A stretch of 64,000 bases of DNA, from the IMG/VR virus record IMGVR_UViG_3300005253_001911; one strand, 5' to 3'. Below, in pieces: positions 10,867 through 19,729 of the stretch. The notes under the pieces were generated by a model. It saw nothing but the letters and a program-made list of their open reading frames with translations, was not told where the DNA came from and ran no database searches. A program made the position numbers and the translations under genes. The DNA is from an uncultured virus (IMG/VR IMGVR_UViG_3300005253_001911) (Duplodnaviria > Heunggongvirae > Uroviricota > Caudoviricetes). Within the stretch, counting starts at the first letter, position 1. Each line of letters begins with the position of its first letter.

Positions 10867-12126
10867 TTATGTCTGTTCAGATCTGGCAGTAATTTTAGGC
10901 TCAGATGCACTTGTTCCAGATGAATAAATTTTAGTAGCTTTACCTGTAGAATCAGTATTTACAGGGGGAGCTGGAATACTCCCGCCTCCAGCACTAGTCA
11001 CAGTAAAATATACCGCTCTAGCAGTAACTGGCTGTAGAAATTGATCTTTAACAATAGCTGTAATAGTAGAAGTAGATATCCCATTGGCTGCTATCAGCGC
11101 TGGAGCAGCAGAAACCGATATAGATGCTATAAAAGCATCAAAGGATGACAAATCATAATTATAAGTTGACCACGCTCCAGAAGCACCGTCTTCGGTTAGT
11201 TGTAATCTATATATATTTTGATCATATGTAGCTATATCTTGTACTGGAATAACAGTAGTCTCATTTTGCATAATGTTTTCTAGCACCATTGATCCATAAT
11301 AAGGTAAAGTAGCACCAGCAGCACCAGTGTTTACAAATAGAATATTAGTACCTTTTACGTACATCAATGTATCAACATCGCCAAGCTCTGTAAATGAATT
11401 AACATTATAAAACGTAGCAGCACCAACACTTGAGTACGCACCACTGCCATACTTAGTTATATATACACCTGTATACGCATCAAACTTATATAATGCTCCA
11501 GTAGCACTTAAGCCATTATAATTATTAAACATCCATATATAAGTATAAAAGTTAATCTCGTTGCCAGTAAGATAAGAATATAGAGTAGTGCCAGATATAG
11601 TTACCCCACCAGCCACTGTACCAGTTACAACAACGTCTTCTTCTTCACCATTAGTATTAGGCCCCAAATGCAGTGTCAAGCCATCACCAACAGTGGTCGT
11701 AAAATCTAACATACTAGTTCCAGAATATGTAATTAGCAGTATAGTATTACTTCCACTCGTAGTATCTTCATAAAACGTATCGTGATAATGCTCAACAGAA
11801 AATGCACCAGACTGATATTTATGAGACCCTGTTTCAGTAAAATCATGTGTTGTTCTTAATTTACACACATAATTTTCAAGCTGCCATCTTCTGATTGTCA
11901 TATCATTAGTTCCAGAATCTTCCAGTGCCCAAAAATATACACCATCAAATTCAGAACTTGTAATTGTATTAGACATCAGTGTATCAAAAGGATAAGAAAA
12001 TGCAGTATTACCATCATCAGTTTTTACCAATAAATTATCCTGTGCAGAATCAAGGGTATAGAAATATCCATCATCTATAGTAAAATTTACCTGCTGACCA
12101 CTTATTAGTTTAATATTTTCTGCCAT
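10867..12126 (-). CDS. Tail-associated protein with C-terminal Big-1-like Ig domain (paralog family)
   Basis: 419 aa. ANGISTSTITAIVKDQFLQPV...NTDSTGKAT is an invasin/Big-1-like Ig pattern. Confidence 0.6.
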   Translation of the reverse strand: MAENIKLISGQQVNFTIDDGYFYTLDSAQDNLLVKTDDGNTAFSYPFDTLMSNTITSSEFDGVYFWALEDSGTNDMTIRRWQLENYVCKLRTTHDFTETGSHKYQSGAFSVEHYHDTFYEDTTSGSNTILLITYSGTSMLDFTTTVGDGLTLHLGPNTNGEEEDVVVTGTVAGGVTISGTTLYSYLTGNEINFYTYIWMFNNYNGLSATGALYKFDAYTGVYITKYGSGAYSSVGAATFYNVNSFTELGDVDTLMYVKGTNILFVNTGAAGATLPYYGSMVLENIMQNETTVIPVQDIATYDQNIYRLQLTEDGASGAWSTYNYDLSSFDAFIASISVSAAPALIAANGISTSTITAIVKDQFLQPVTARAVYFTVTSAGGGSIPAPPVNTDSTGKATKIYSSGTSASEPKITARSEQT

Positions 12127-12136
12127 ACTCTACTCC

Positions 12137-12649
12137 TTAATCATATGTACTTCGTATTCTTAATGCTGGAGACCATTTTAGCTTATATTCATATGGATCT
12201 CCCTCTGTTATTACTTCACTGGTTATATCAAAATCTGTCATACTATTATTAAGCATTATTTTCATGTTAGATAAATCTATTCCCGCCGAGGGTAAAATAT
12301 CCCTCAACGTCAAAAGTACATCGGAATATATACTAACATCAGATCCGGTCGGACTAGCGCTATACACATAAGGCGGATCCACATCAGCCGCTAGAGGTGA
12401 CCAGTCTATTTGATCACACATATCCGCTACCGCAGTTTCTATAACCTCATCTAAATCCGCTGCAGATATGTTGTGAATTTTCTTAGCTGAAATATCATTG
12501 CCATTAGTGTCTGGATAAGTTGTACCCATCTCCAGTACCCATTTATGATCGCCCCTTGAACCCTTAATCACAAAATATCTCAGACTAATGTTGAACTTAA
12601 CAGCCTTATTATAGTTCAAGCTATTTTTTATCCAAAATTCTGCCATCAC
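12137..12649 (-). CDS. Virion protein with C-terminal Ig-like domain
   Basis: DPPYVYSASP...VSIYSDV...LRDI..AGID resembles the C-terminal Ig modules of 3502..6135. Confidence 0.5.
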   Translation of the reverse strand: MMAEFWIKNSLNYNKAVKFNISLRYFVIKGSRGDHKWVLEMGTTYPDTNGNDISAKKIHNISAADLDEVIETAVADMCDQIDWSPLAADVDPPYVYSASPTGSDVSIYSDVLLTLRDILPSAGIDLSNMKIMLNNSMTDFDITSEVITEGDPYEYKLKWSPALRIRSTYD

Positions 12650-12657
12650 TATACTCC

Positions 12658-13599
12658 TTACGAACTAAAATCTATCTGGTTAGTAACACTCATGATACCC
12701 CAACGTGTTATACTATCCACAGTACTATGATAAGCAACAGGCTCTTGATCTGGATCTTGCTCTCTTAGTATCTGAACCTTAGAGTCGCTAACAGTATAAC
12801 TATTCATAATACCAGCAAAACTATTAGTGGCAGTAGTAGAAACAACAACAGTTCCTCCACTAGTTCCACTAAGAGCAGTAAAATAATCAGTACTAGTACC
12901 ATCAGTAATCATCAAACAATCGCCTACTGTAACACCAGTACCCGTATCTATAGATAATGGACTGCTGTCTGCTGTATAGCTTGTTGATACAAGAGCTTCT
13001 TTTATAGCCGTTGCCGCAATGGTTTGACTATCATATCCGATCTCAAAACCGATATCAGCATAAAGCGTATCAACACCAGAAGCCGATACAACAACGGATG
13101 TTCTATTAGTACCTGTATAGAATGCGCCTACATTCCCAGAAATAACATAGAACTTACCGTCAGTATACTCAACTATCGCGTTTTTGTATGACAACTGATC
13201 ATCACTTGAACTCCATAAAAAGGAGTCAGGAATAGCTCTGATAGCGGTCTGCATTTCACTAGCCAAACTGTCGCCCCCGTAAGAATCAATAGCAATATCT
13301 ATATAATACTGACTGCTGTTATCTATCTTAATACCCAAAGTTCTACTACTCACACTAAGAGCGTACGGACTACTTGCAAATCCTGAGCTCTTGGCCCATC
13401 CAGTTTTAATCTCTTGCACATAAATATCTTGTATAGCTGTAAGATTAGTATTATCACTGTATGCGGATGTAGTAAAAGTTAATACCCATTTTTCATCTCC
13501 TAACGCGCCAGTCGGAACTACTGTTGCCTGATCAGCGGTCACCGTTTTAGCATTGTCAGGATAATTTTCTAAATCATAAACACTGACATTAGTTGCCAT
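12658..13599 (-). CDS. Virion structural protein (shares a module with 334..1920)
   Basis: 313 aa, S/T-rich, with RBS GGAG. Confidence 0.55.
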   Translation of the reverse strand: MATNVSVYDLENYPDNAKTVTADQATVVPTGALGDEKWVLTFTTSAYSDNTNLTAIQDIYVQEIKTGWAKSSGFASSPYALSVSSRTLGIKIDNSSQYYIDIAIDSYGGDSLASEMQTAIRAIPDSFLWSSSDDQLSYKNAIVEYTDGKFYVISGNVGAFYTGTNRTSVVVSASGVDTLYADIGFEIGYDSQTIAATAIKEALVSTSYTADSSPLSIDTGTGVTVGDCLMITDGTSTDYFTALSGTSGGTVVVSTTATNSFAGIMNSYTVSDSKVQILREQDPDQEPVAYHSTVDSITRWGIMSVTNQIDFSS

Positions 13600-13613
13600 T
13601 TCTAAACTCCTCC

Positions 13614-14027
13614 TTAGACATAGAAAAAATTATTATTATTTGATATGTAATACGGACAATCTGGATCAACGCATAACCATCCATGTTTTGATCCACGAGA
13701 ATGCTTAATCATCAATCCGCCTGTGGCGGTATGAGCCGCTCTGTTACCAGGCATCACTAATTCAAAATTCCAATAATTAGGATCAGACTGATCTATGTTT
13801 CTTACATAATTAATTTCAGCTTCATCAGCATAAGGACATTTGAAGTGATAATATTTGAAGTCGCCGTAGTCTAACCTAACCCATGGAAATACAGCACGTA
13901 CATCACCAATAGTTACTGTGTCTTCAATGCACTCCTTAGTGTTATGGGTAGGGAAATTACCACTACTAGTGGTACCATATTGATCGTGCCATGTCGCTTC
14001 ACATTTTTCTATTGGATTTCTTGGCAT
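13614..14027 (-). CDS. Hypothetical protein, Cys/His-containing (possible metal binding)
   Basis: 137 aa with CPY and CVDPDCPY; tightly packed in the operon. Confidence 0.5.
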   Translation of the reverse strand: MPRNPIEKCEATWHDQYGTTSSGNFPTHNTKECIEDTVTIGDVRAVFPWVRLDYGDFKYYHFKCPYADEAEINYVRNIDQSDPNYWNFELVMPGNRAAHTATGGLMIKHSRGSKHGWLCVDPDCPYYISNNNNFFYV

Positions 14028-14030
14028 TTA

Positions 14031-14852
14031 CTACTCCATACTCTCTAATATTTTCAAAGTAAATCCACAATATTTTGTTTTTTCCAACGCTGTTAAAGGA
14101 TATTTATCATTCTTTTCCTGATTCAACGCTGCCTCTAATATCTGTAAATTATCTTCGTGGTGTAATCCGCCTTTGGATAATGGAACTATGTGATCAACTT
14201 GATACTTCTTACCAAACATTTTGGTTATTTCTTGAGCCATATAATATATATACTCTATTTTCTTGTTGTCAGCAGTACTCGGAGTCTGATTCTTTTTAGT
14301 AGCACGCCGTTTAGCAGTATAAGTATTGATTTTATCTCTATTATTTATTCTATATTGTTTATCACGTTCTTTACAATATTCTTTGTTTTCTTGCCTCCAC
14401 TGTTTATTATATTCATATATATGATATTTATTTTCTTGTCGATACTGCCTACTACGTTCTTTACGATATTCTTTGTTTTCTTTATGCCACTTTTTATTTT
14501 GTTTAGATATACGACCTTTATTAGTTTTGTAATAATGCTTATAATATTCTTTAATATGTTCCTTATTATTCTCATACCGATGTTTATAATATTCTGGATT
14601 ATTCAAACACCACTGTTTTTGACGTCCCTTCATATATTCTTTGTTATCATTCCAATATTGCCTCTCACGTTTCCTTACATGTTCTAAATTAAGTTGTCGC
14701 AAAATCCAATTATTCACATTATGGCACTTCTTACATTCAGACTGCTTATACCCTTTCTTTTTATTATACCAATTAAATTCCTTTTCAGCATCAAGAAATC
14801 TACCACAATTAGTACATCTTTTAATTTTTCCCATTAACTCCGTTTCCTTCAA
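14031..14852 (-). CDS. HNH homing endonuclease
   Basis: N-terminal CTNC...CKKC, K/Y/E-rich helical repeats, then VDHIVPLSKGGLHHEDNLQIL...N. Confidence 0.88.
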   Translation of the reverse strand: MKETELMGKIKRCTNCGRFLDAEKEFNWYNKKKGYKQSECKKCHNVNNWILRQLNLEHVRKRERQYWNDNKEYMKGRQKQWCLNNPEYYKHRYENNKEHIKEYYKHYYKTNKGRISKQNKKWHKENKEYRKERSRQYRQENKYHIYEYNKQWRQENKEYCKERDKQYRINNRDKINTYTAKRRATKKNQTPSTADNKKIEYIYYMAQEITKMFGKKYQVDHIVPLSKGGLHHEDNLQILEAALNQEKNDKYPLTALEKTKYCGFTLKILESME

Positions 14853-14858
14853 AATAGT

Positions 14859-15290
14859 TTATTCTTTGCCAAAGTTATGTAAATCCCCATCTCCATTTAT
14901 CAAGTACGCAGGATACATAAGGTGATATTCATGTTTTGTATCAGTATGATCCTTCGTATTCACCACTATAAAATCATCATCATTTAAATTAGGAATAGAA
15001 TTTATAAACTTGTTAAACAAAACAACGTTGTCCAAATATATTTTTGTGGGTGTATGAACAACTCCCTTCCAAGACAGCCTCGCTACATAATACTGTGGAA
15101 CAAATATACAATACTGATTACCAAAATCTAAGGCTATAGAATCTTCCTGCTCCATTTGATTTACTTCCCCTATGACAGGTCCACTAAAATAACATCCTTT
15201 CAACTTAGCACCCTCTTTCCTTTCATATATTACTTTTTCCCAACGTACCTCAAGCCTGTACTTCTCCCCTAATAGCGTTTTATTTTTCAT
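14859..15290 (-). CDS. Hypothetical protein
   Basis: 143-aa ORF coupled to its neighbours (11-nt overlap with the upstream HNH gene). Confidence 0.55.
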   Translation of the reverse strand: MKNKTLLGEKYRLEVRWEKVIYERKEGAKLKGCYFSGPVIGEVNQMEQEDSIALDFGNQYCIFVPQYYVARLSWKGVVHTPTKIYLDNVVLFNKFINSIPNLNDDDFIVVNTKDHTDTKHEYHLMYPAYLINGDGDLHNFGKE

Positions 15291-15960
15291 TATAATTTAG
15301 TTTGTTTCCTTTTCTTAGATTATCCCTGGCCCATAATGGCTGTAAATTTCCTAACGCCCAACAACTTTTGAAATCCTCACAGTTATAAGACGTAATATTA
15401 AACGCAGAAATTGGAATTTTATGATCAATATGCCATTTACCATAGTTATCCCACGACATTCCTGGTTCAAATAAACTTTCAAGGTGTTTTTTCAACTGGT
15501 TCAGCAAATACCCAACCACATATTCCCAATGACGATTATTTTTATTCCCTTTTAAAGACCAATTAATCATCACAGAGATATTTCTAGACAGTTTATTATT
15601 TTCATAATATTTTTTACTAGATTTTTTATGCACCTCTTTACCCTTATCACTTTGTCCATATCTCTTTTGAACTACTTCACCCTCATCACTTTGTTCCCAT
15701 CTTTTTCTTTTTGCTTTTCTTTCTTCCGACCAGTTACATTTTTTTTTGCGCTTCAATATTTTATTTCTATTCCTTTTATAATACGATCTTTCTTGCTCTA
15801 AAATTTGTTCTTTATTATTTTTGTAATTAACCGCTGCATACTTTTTACAGCATTTTTTACACCAGGCATATAAACCATCTTTAGTTCCACTATTTTTATG
15901 AAAAAACTCAACAGTCGCCGGAAACTTTGTTTCACAGCTTGAACAAATTTTAAATTTCAT
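15280..15960 (-). CDS. HNH homing endonuclease
   Basis: CSSC...WCKKC zinc finger; GMSWDNYGKWHIDHKIPISAF...WALGNLQPLWARDNLRK. Confidence 0.88.
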   Translation of the reverse strand: MKFKICSSCETKFPATVEFFHKNSGTKDGLYAWCKKCCKKYAAVNYKNNKEQILEQERSYYKRNRNKILKRKKKCNWSEERKAKRKRWEQSDEGEVVQKRYGQSDKGKEVHKKSSKKYYENNKLSRNISVMINWSLKGNKNNRHWEYVVGYLLNQLKKHLESLFEPGMSWDNYGKWHIDHKIPISAFNITSYNCEDFKSCWALGNLQPLWARDNLRKGNKLNYNEK

Positions 15961-15976
15961 AATTCACGCCTCCTGA

Positions 15977-16690
15977 TTAAAGATAAATCGGTGTATGTGG
16001 AATTGTAGCATTTGATTGCCCAATTTCACCACCAGCTTGTAATTTGCCTCCGCCAATACGATCTACTAACCCTAACTGAGTAATATTAGCACTACCAAGT
16101 CCAGGAAATCCAGCGGACACGCTGCCTTGGTCACCTATAACAATATGATAATTAGTCGCTGGAGCAGGCCCGGGATCAGCTATAAATCTTACACCCAAAT
16201 CTGTAGACCCGTTTCCAACATCTCCAAATCTGCTACCCTCAGTCTGGCCTCTTAGTACAAGGGTAGGTAGAGGTACAGTTATAAAATCTCCACTTACACC
16301 ACTATCAATCCACTTCTGGAAGGACCAACTTTCTGTGCCAAATCCCGTCGGATCACTTTTAGAATATGAATAACTCGTTAGATACATACCGGTATAATTA
16401 ATCGTTTTAGTTGTACCAGCACCACAAGTGGAGGCATTAATAAGAACATCTTTTTTGATGGTACTATCAACACACGATGTTACCGCTGGAAGTAATACAG
16501 CACTCAGAGCTCCAGCATAAGTAGTTATACTAACAGTAACAGTAGCTCCTACCTGTGTTTTCCACGGAGTCCAAGAGCCAAGTTCCCATAGCCTTGTTGG
16601 TTGCCGACTTATATTCCAATTAATAGATTGATACCCATCACTGACGCCATCCACAAGTACTGTTGTTACACTACCGATAATGACCGACAT
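15977..16690 (-). CDS. Tail-tip/baseplate protein, possibly tube-like fold
   Basis: 237 aa, beta-rich (QSINWNISRQ..RLWELGS; LTSYSYS), located in the tail-tip gene cluster downstream of the TMP. Confidence 0.45.
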   Translation of the reverse strand: MSVIIGSVTTVLVDGVSDGYQSINWNISRQPTRLWELGSWTPWKTQVGATVTVSITTYAGALSAVLLPAVTSCVDSTIKKDVLINASTCGAGTTKTINYTGMYLTSYSYSKSDPTGFGTESWSFQKWIDSGVSGDFITVPLPTLVLRGQTEGSRFGDVGNGSTDLGVRFIADPGPAPATNYHIVIGDQGSVSAGFPGLGSANITQLGLVDRIGGGKLQAGGEIGQSNATIPHTPIYL

Positions 16691-16691
16691 T

Positions 16692-17300
16692 TTATATATC
16701 CCCCATAATTTTTTGACATTCTTTTAAAGTCAATCCCTTATATTCACTATTCAATTTGGTACCTTTTTTCATATTCGCTATACTGTCCAATACCTGTAAG
16801 TTATTCTGATGGTGTAATCCACCCTTGGATATAGGAATTATATGATCTACATGATACTCTCCACCATATATTTCTCTCATTTTGTGAGCTACATAATACA
16901 TATATCTAATTTTCTTTTTATCAGCATTGGCTGGGGTTTGATTTCTTTTCGTTGCTCTGCGGTTAGCTGCATTAGCATTTATTTTATCAGGGTTATTCAT
17001 TTGATATTGTTTATCATATTCTTTTTTCTGTTTTTTATTATTTATACGCCACTGTCTAGAAAGTTTTTTTCGTGACTCTTTATTGTTCTGTCTATATTCC
17101 TTATGATACTCTAGATTATTTTCATAGCGTTTTCTATCACGTTCTTTATAAAGCTCCGAATTATCTTGTCGATGTTGTTTTTTATATTCCTTTCTACATA
17201 TTTTACACCAAGAATTTCTATAACCTTTGGCTTTATTATTCCAACTAAATTCCTTTATATCTTTTTCTTCCTTACATTTAGTACACACCTTCAATTCCAT
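16692..17300 (-). CDS. HNH homing endonuclease
   Basis: Start moved to ATG 17300 (MELKVCTKC, GGGGAG RBS). Contains VDHIIPISKGGLHHQNNLQVL...N. Confidence 0.88.
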   Translation of the reverse strand: MELKVCTKCKEEKDIKEFSWNNKAKGYRNSWCKICRKEYKKQHRQDNSELYKERDRKRYENNLEYHKEYRQNNKESRKKLSRQWRINNKKQKKEYDKQYQMNNPDKINANAANRRATKRNQTPANADKKKIRYMYYVAHKMREIYGGEYHVDHIIPISKGGLHHQNNLQVLDSIANMKKGTKLNSEYKGLTLKECQKIMGDI

Positions 17301-17310
17301 AATACTCCCC

Positions 17311-17505
17311 CTATGTTTTACCTTTGCATGCCACATACAGAGCATAATCACATTTATATCTATCTTTACAATCCTTGCAGTGCTTCCTCTTAAAGATCTC
17401 AAGCCTAGCCTTCAACTGACGAGGTTTTAAGTACTTGTACCCGCCGAGAACATCACCTGGATCCCTAACAAGTTTTCCTTTGGTTTTTCCACAGTTACAT
17501 CCCAT
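17311..17505 (-). CDS. Small Cys-rich (zinc-binding) protein
   Basis: 64 aa, MGCNCG...CKDC...C...C; its start overlaps the stop of 17505..17750. Confidence 0.6.
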   Translation of the reverse strand: MGCNCGKTKGKLVRDPGDVLGGYKYLKPRQLKARLEIFKRKHCKDCKDRYKCDYALYVACKGKT

Positions 17506-17750
17506 TAGTTACCAATCCCTTCCATAGCTAATCCCCACTCATGCCAAGTACTGCCTATAATAGGTTTTTGAGACGCGGACATAATGATCAAATCAAAGCT
17601 GACTCCTCCCCATACATTACCAGAATTATAGTTACTATAGCTTATCTCGTTACTGTCACACCTCAGCACAGTCAATGAGACTGAAGCCTTACCAGTAGCA
17701 TCATAATTTATGGAAAGAGAACTACAATCAACAAACTCACAATCTGACAT
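17505..17750 (-). CDS. Small tail-tip/baseplate-region protein
   Basis: 81 aa, beta-rich, with an RBS. Confidence 0.5.
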   Translation of the reverse strand: MSDCEFVDCSSLSINYDATGKASVSLTVLRCDSNEISYSNYNSGNVWGGVSFDLIIMSASQKPIIGSTWHEWGLAMEGIGN

Positions 17751-17765
17751 ATCATATCCCCTCTT

Positions 17766-18083
17766 TTACCTTGTTATATTTCCTAAAAATGCATCTTCTC
17801 TGGATTCATTAAAATCTGTTCTTCCAACTGTTTGCCCACTAAAAACCTCTTTGCCCCCTGTTGTAACGTATGGCAGCCGCTGAAAATTTGCTGAAATAAA
17901 TTGTCCACTAAGGCTAGCACCAGTAAAATTATCACTCCTAGTAACCGTTGCAGTAATCGGCCATATCGTCACCTCGTTCTCATCCACTCCAAAAGATTGA
18001 ACAAGAAATTTTCCTAGGCCTATTGGCACCGCACCAGATGACCGTAGTTTTAGTGCTATAGTACTATATGACTGACCGTCCAT
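17766..18083 (-). CDS. Hypothetical tail-tip-region protein
   Basis: Start moved to ATG 18083 (MDGQSY, AAGGAG RBS), which removes the overlap with 18095..18718. Confidence 0.5.
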   Translation of the reverse strand: MDGQSYSTIALKLRSSGAVPIGLGKFLVQSFGVDENEVTIWPITATVTRSDNFTGASLSGQFISANFQRLPYVTTGGKEVFSGQTVGRTDFNESREDAFLGNITR

Positions 18084-18094
18084 AATTGTCTCCT

Positions 18095-18718
18095 TTAACC
18101 ATCGTATGAAAGTAAAAATGAATAACTTACAGTAGGTACATTTGGGGATGTATACTCCCAACTAAAACTTTGTAAATAATAAGTAGCATTAACTAACAGA
18201 TCCACACCTGTATTAGTAAAAATACTTAAGGATTTTGGATTTTTACTATCAGACTCACTTATAGTAATCGGACTTCCACTATAACTAAAATTATAACCAT
18301 CTTCGTGTAAATTATATATAAATGGTGTAGTAGGTCCACTAGAAGCTGATGCACTAAAAGAAGTATACCCTCTAACTACTGTAATATTTATATTACTAGT
18401 AACCGGGCCTTCCTTATATGCCCTTATACCACCTCTAGGTATAAAATGCACTATTAGATTACCATTCTCACATTCTGTTCGTCTATCCCAATTATAATTA
18501 ACCCCAGCTCTTGCAGAGCATTTCAAACTCTCAGAAGAAAGCGGAGCGTATGCGGTTATAGATAAATCTCCAGTAGTAGCTCCATATAAAGGCTGATTAT
18601 TGGCCGCAAGCATTACATCAGTGTTTGTTCTCACATTAGCTGATATAATACCAAGCCCTTTTAATATAGGAAACTCAGCAACTATATCACAAGCACAATT
18701 TGTTCGAAGCGCTGCCAA
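18095..18718 (-). CDS. Hypothetical tail-tip/baseplate-region protein
   Basis: 207 aa, beta-rich, TTG start with a GGAGG RBS. Confidence 0.5.
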   Translation of the reverse strand: MAALRTNCACDIVAEFPILKGLGIISANVRTNTDVMLAANNQPLYGATTGDLSITAYAPLSSESLKCSARAGVNYNWDRRTECENGNLIVHFIPRGGIRAYKEGPVTSNINITVVRGYTSFSASASSGPTTPFIYNLHEDGYNFSYSGSPITISESDSKNPKSLSIFTNTGVDLLVNATYYLQSFSWEYTSPNVPTVSYSFLLSYDG

Positions 18719-18723
18719 TAGTA

Positions 18724-19125
18724 TTAACCTCCTTCCTCAGTTTGTTCTGACGGCACATCAGCAAAATATGTAGCAAACGCTGGGCCACCTTGAGCAACAC
18801 TTGCATGATCATGAATTGTAATTCCAGACACTATAGCATAGAAGTGTTTTTCTCCCAGTTTCTGGGAAGTATATTGTATAACTTGTCTACCACTTTTCGT
18901 ATGCCTATACTTAACGCAGGAGTTGCCGCTGGCGCCTTCAAACTTCCCTAGATCTGGTTTCAATATTATAAAACCATTTCTATATTGTTCTCTATCAGAC
19001 TGTTTACTTGTAAATGGAATTGGCAAATAAGTCGGCGGCGAGCATAACTTTATAAGATCCCCTACACTGACTGTAAATTCCATTGTATTTGCACTATCAA
19101 GATTTATTTCACCAGTTGTAGCCAT
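18724..19125 (-). CDS. Hypothetical tail-tip-region protein
   Basis: 133 aa, in the operon, with an RBS. Confidence 0.5.
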   Translation of the reverse strand: MATTGEINLDSANTMEFTVSVGDLIKLCSPPTYLPIPFTSKQSDREQYRNGFIILKPDLGKFEGASGNSCVKYRHTKSGRQVIQYTSQKLGEKHFYAIVSGITIHDHASVAQGGPAFATYFADVPSEQTEEGG

Positions 19126-19135
19126 TACACAACTC

Positions 19136-19729
19136 CTACTCTTCTGTTATTTTAGTTACTGTAATACCACCATAAATTATTTCATCTCTACCCCTATCCA
19201 CATCGTTCCTCATCCTATATGCATCGGGAGTAACATCCAACGGTATGTTTGGCAGCTTTTGTACTACTTTAGGTTTATTATCCTCTATAAGTATAGGAAA
19301 TTTTTCCATCTTAGCTGTGTTATGTTTAATAACACTATTTATCACACCCCATCTTTCTGGTAACTCAGATCCATCTCTATATGTTTTCACTCGCCTATTT
19401 ATTTTCTGGCCTTCTAATATTCCTAAAACATCCCTACCAGAAATATTTAACATGACCATAGACGCATCAGTTCTTATTGGATTAATAGTACTTTTCTCTA
19501 CTGTGCCAGTAAATATAGTTTTCAAGCGCCCTTTCAGACCAGCTTTTATAACTATATCAGCACCTATATCATTCGCAACATTATACGGCATTTTCAAACT
19601 TGCAGAAAATGTAGCTGCCATTTGATTTCTCGCTCTTCTAACATTAAATGATACCACGTTAGGGGTCACAACTATTATTCCACCTATAATAACTTGTGCT
19701 CTTATTTTTTGTCCTGTTATACTCGCCAT
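19136..19729 (-). CDS. Tail hub protein (N-terminal barrel of the gp27/gp44/late-control-D type)
   Basis: Pattern VVSFNVRR.RNQMAATFSASL...IVIKAG...IFTGTVE...LNISGRD..GIL; second gene after the TMP. Confidence 0.55.
   Translation of the reverse strand: MASITGQKIRAQVIIGGIIVVTPNVVSFNVRRARNQMAATFSASLKMPYNVANDIGADIVIKAGLKGRLKTIFTGTVEKSTINPIRTDASMVMLNISGRDVLGILEGQKINRRVKTYRDGSELPERWGVINSVIKHNTAKMEKFPILIEDNKPKVVQKLPNIPLDVTPDAYRMRNDVDRGRDEIIYGGITVTKITEE

Noticed and set aside
14190..14687. Hydrophobic plus-strand ORF resembling a membrane protein (similar ones at 16842, 53238 and 58802)
   Set aside because: It is the reverse complement of the Lys/Glu/Tyr-rich repeats of HNH genes.
17301..17402. ORF-track N-terminal extensions (also 18084-18161, 45063-45128, 47724-47741, 53640-53678, 63632-63661)
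   Set aside because: They overlap upstream genes, hairpins or RBSs. Downstream starts with good RBSs or stop/start coupling fit better.
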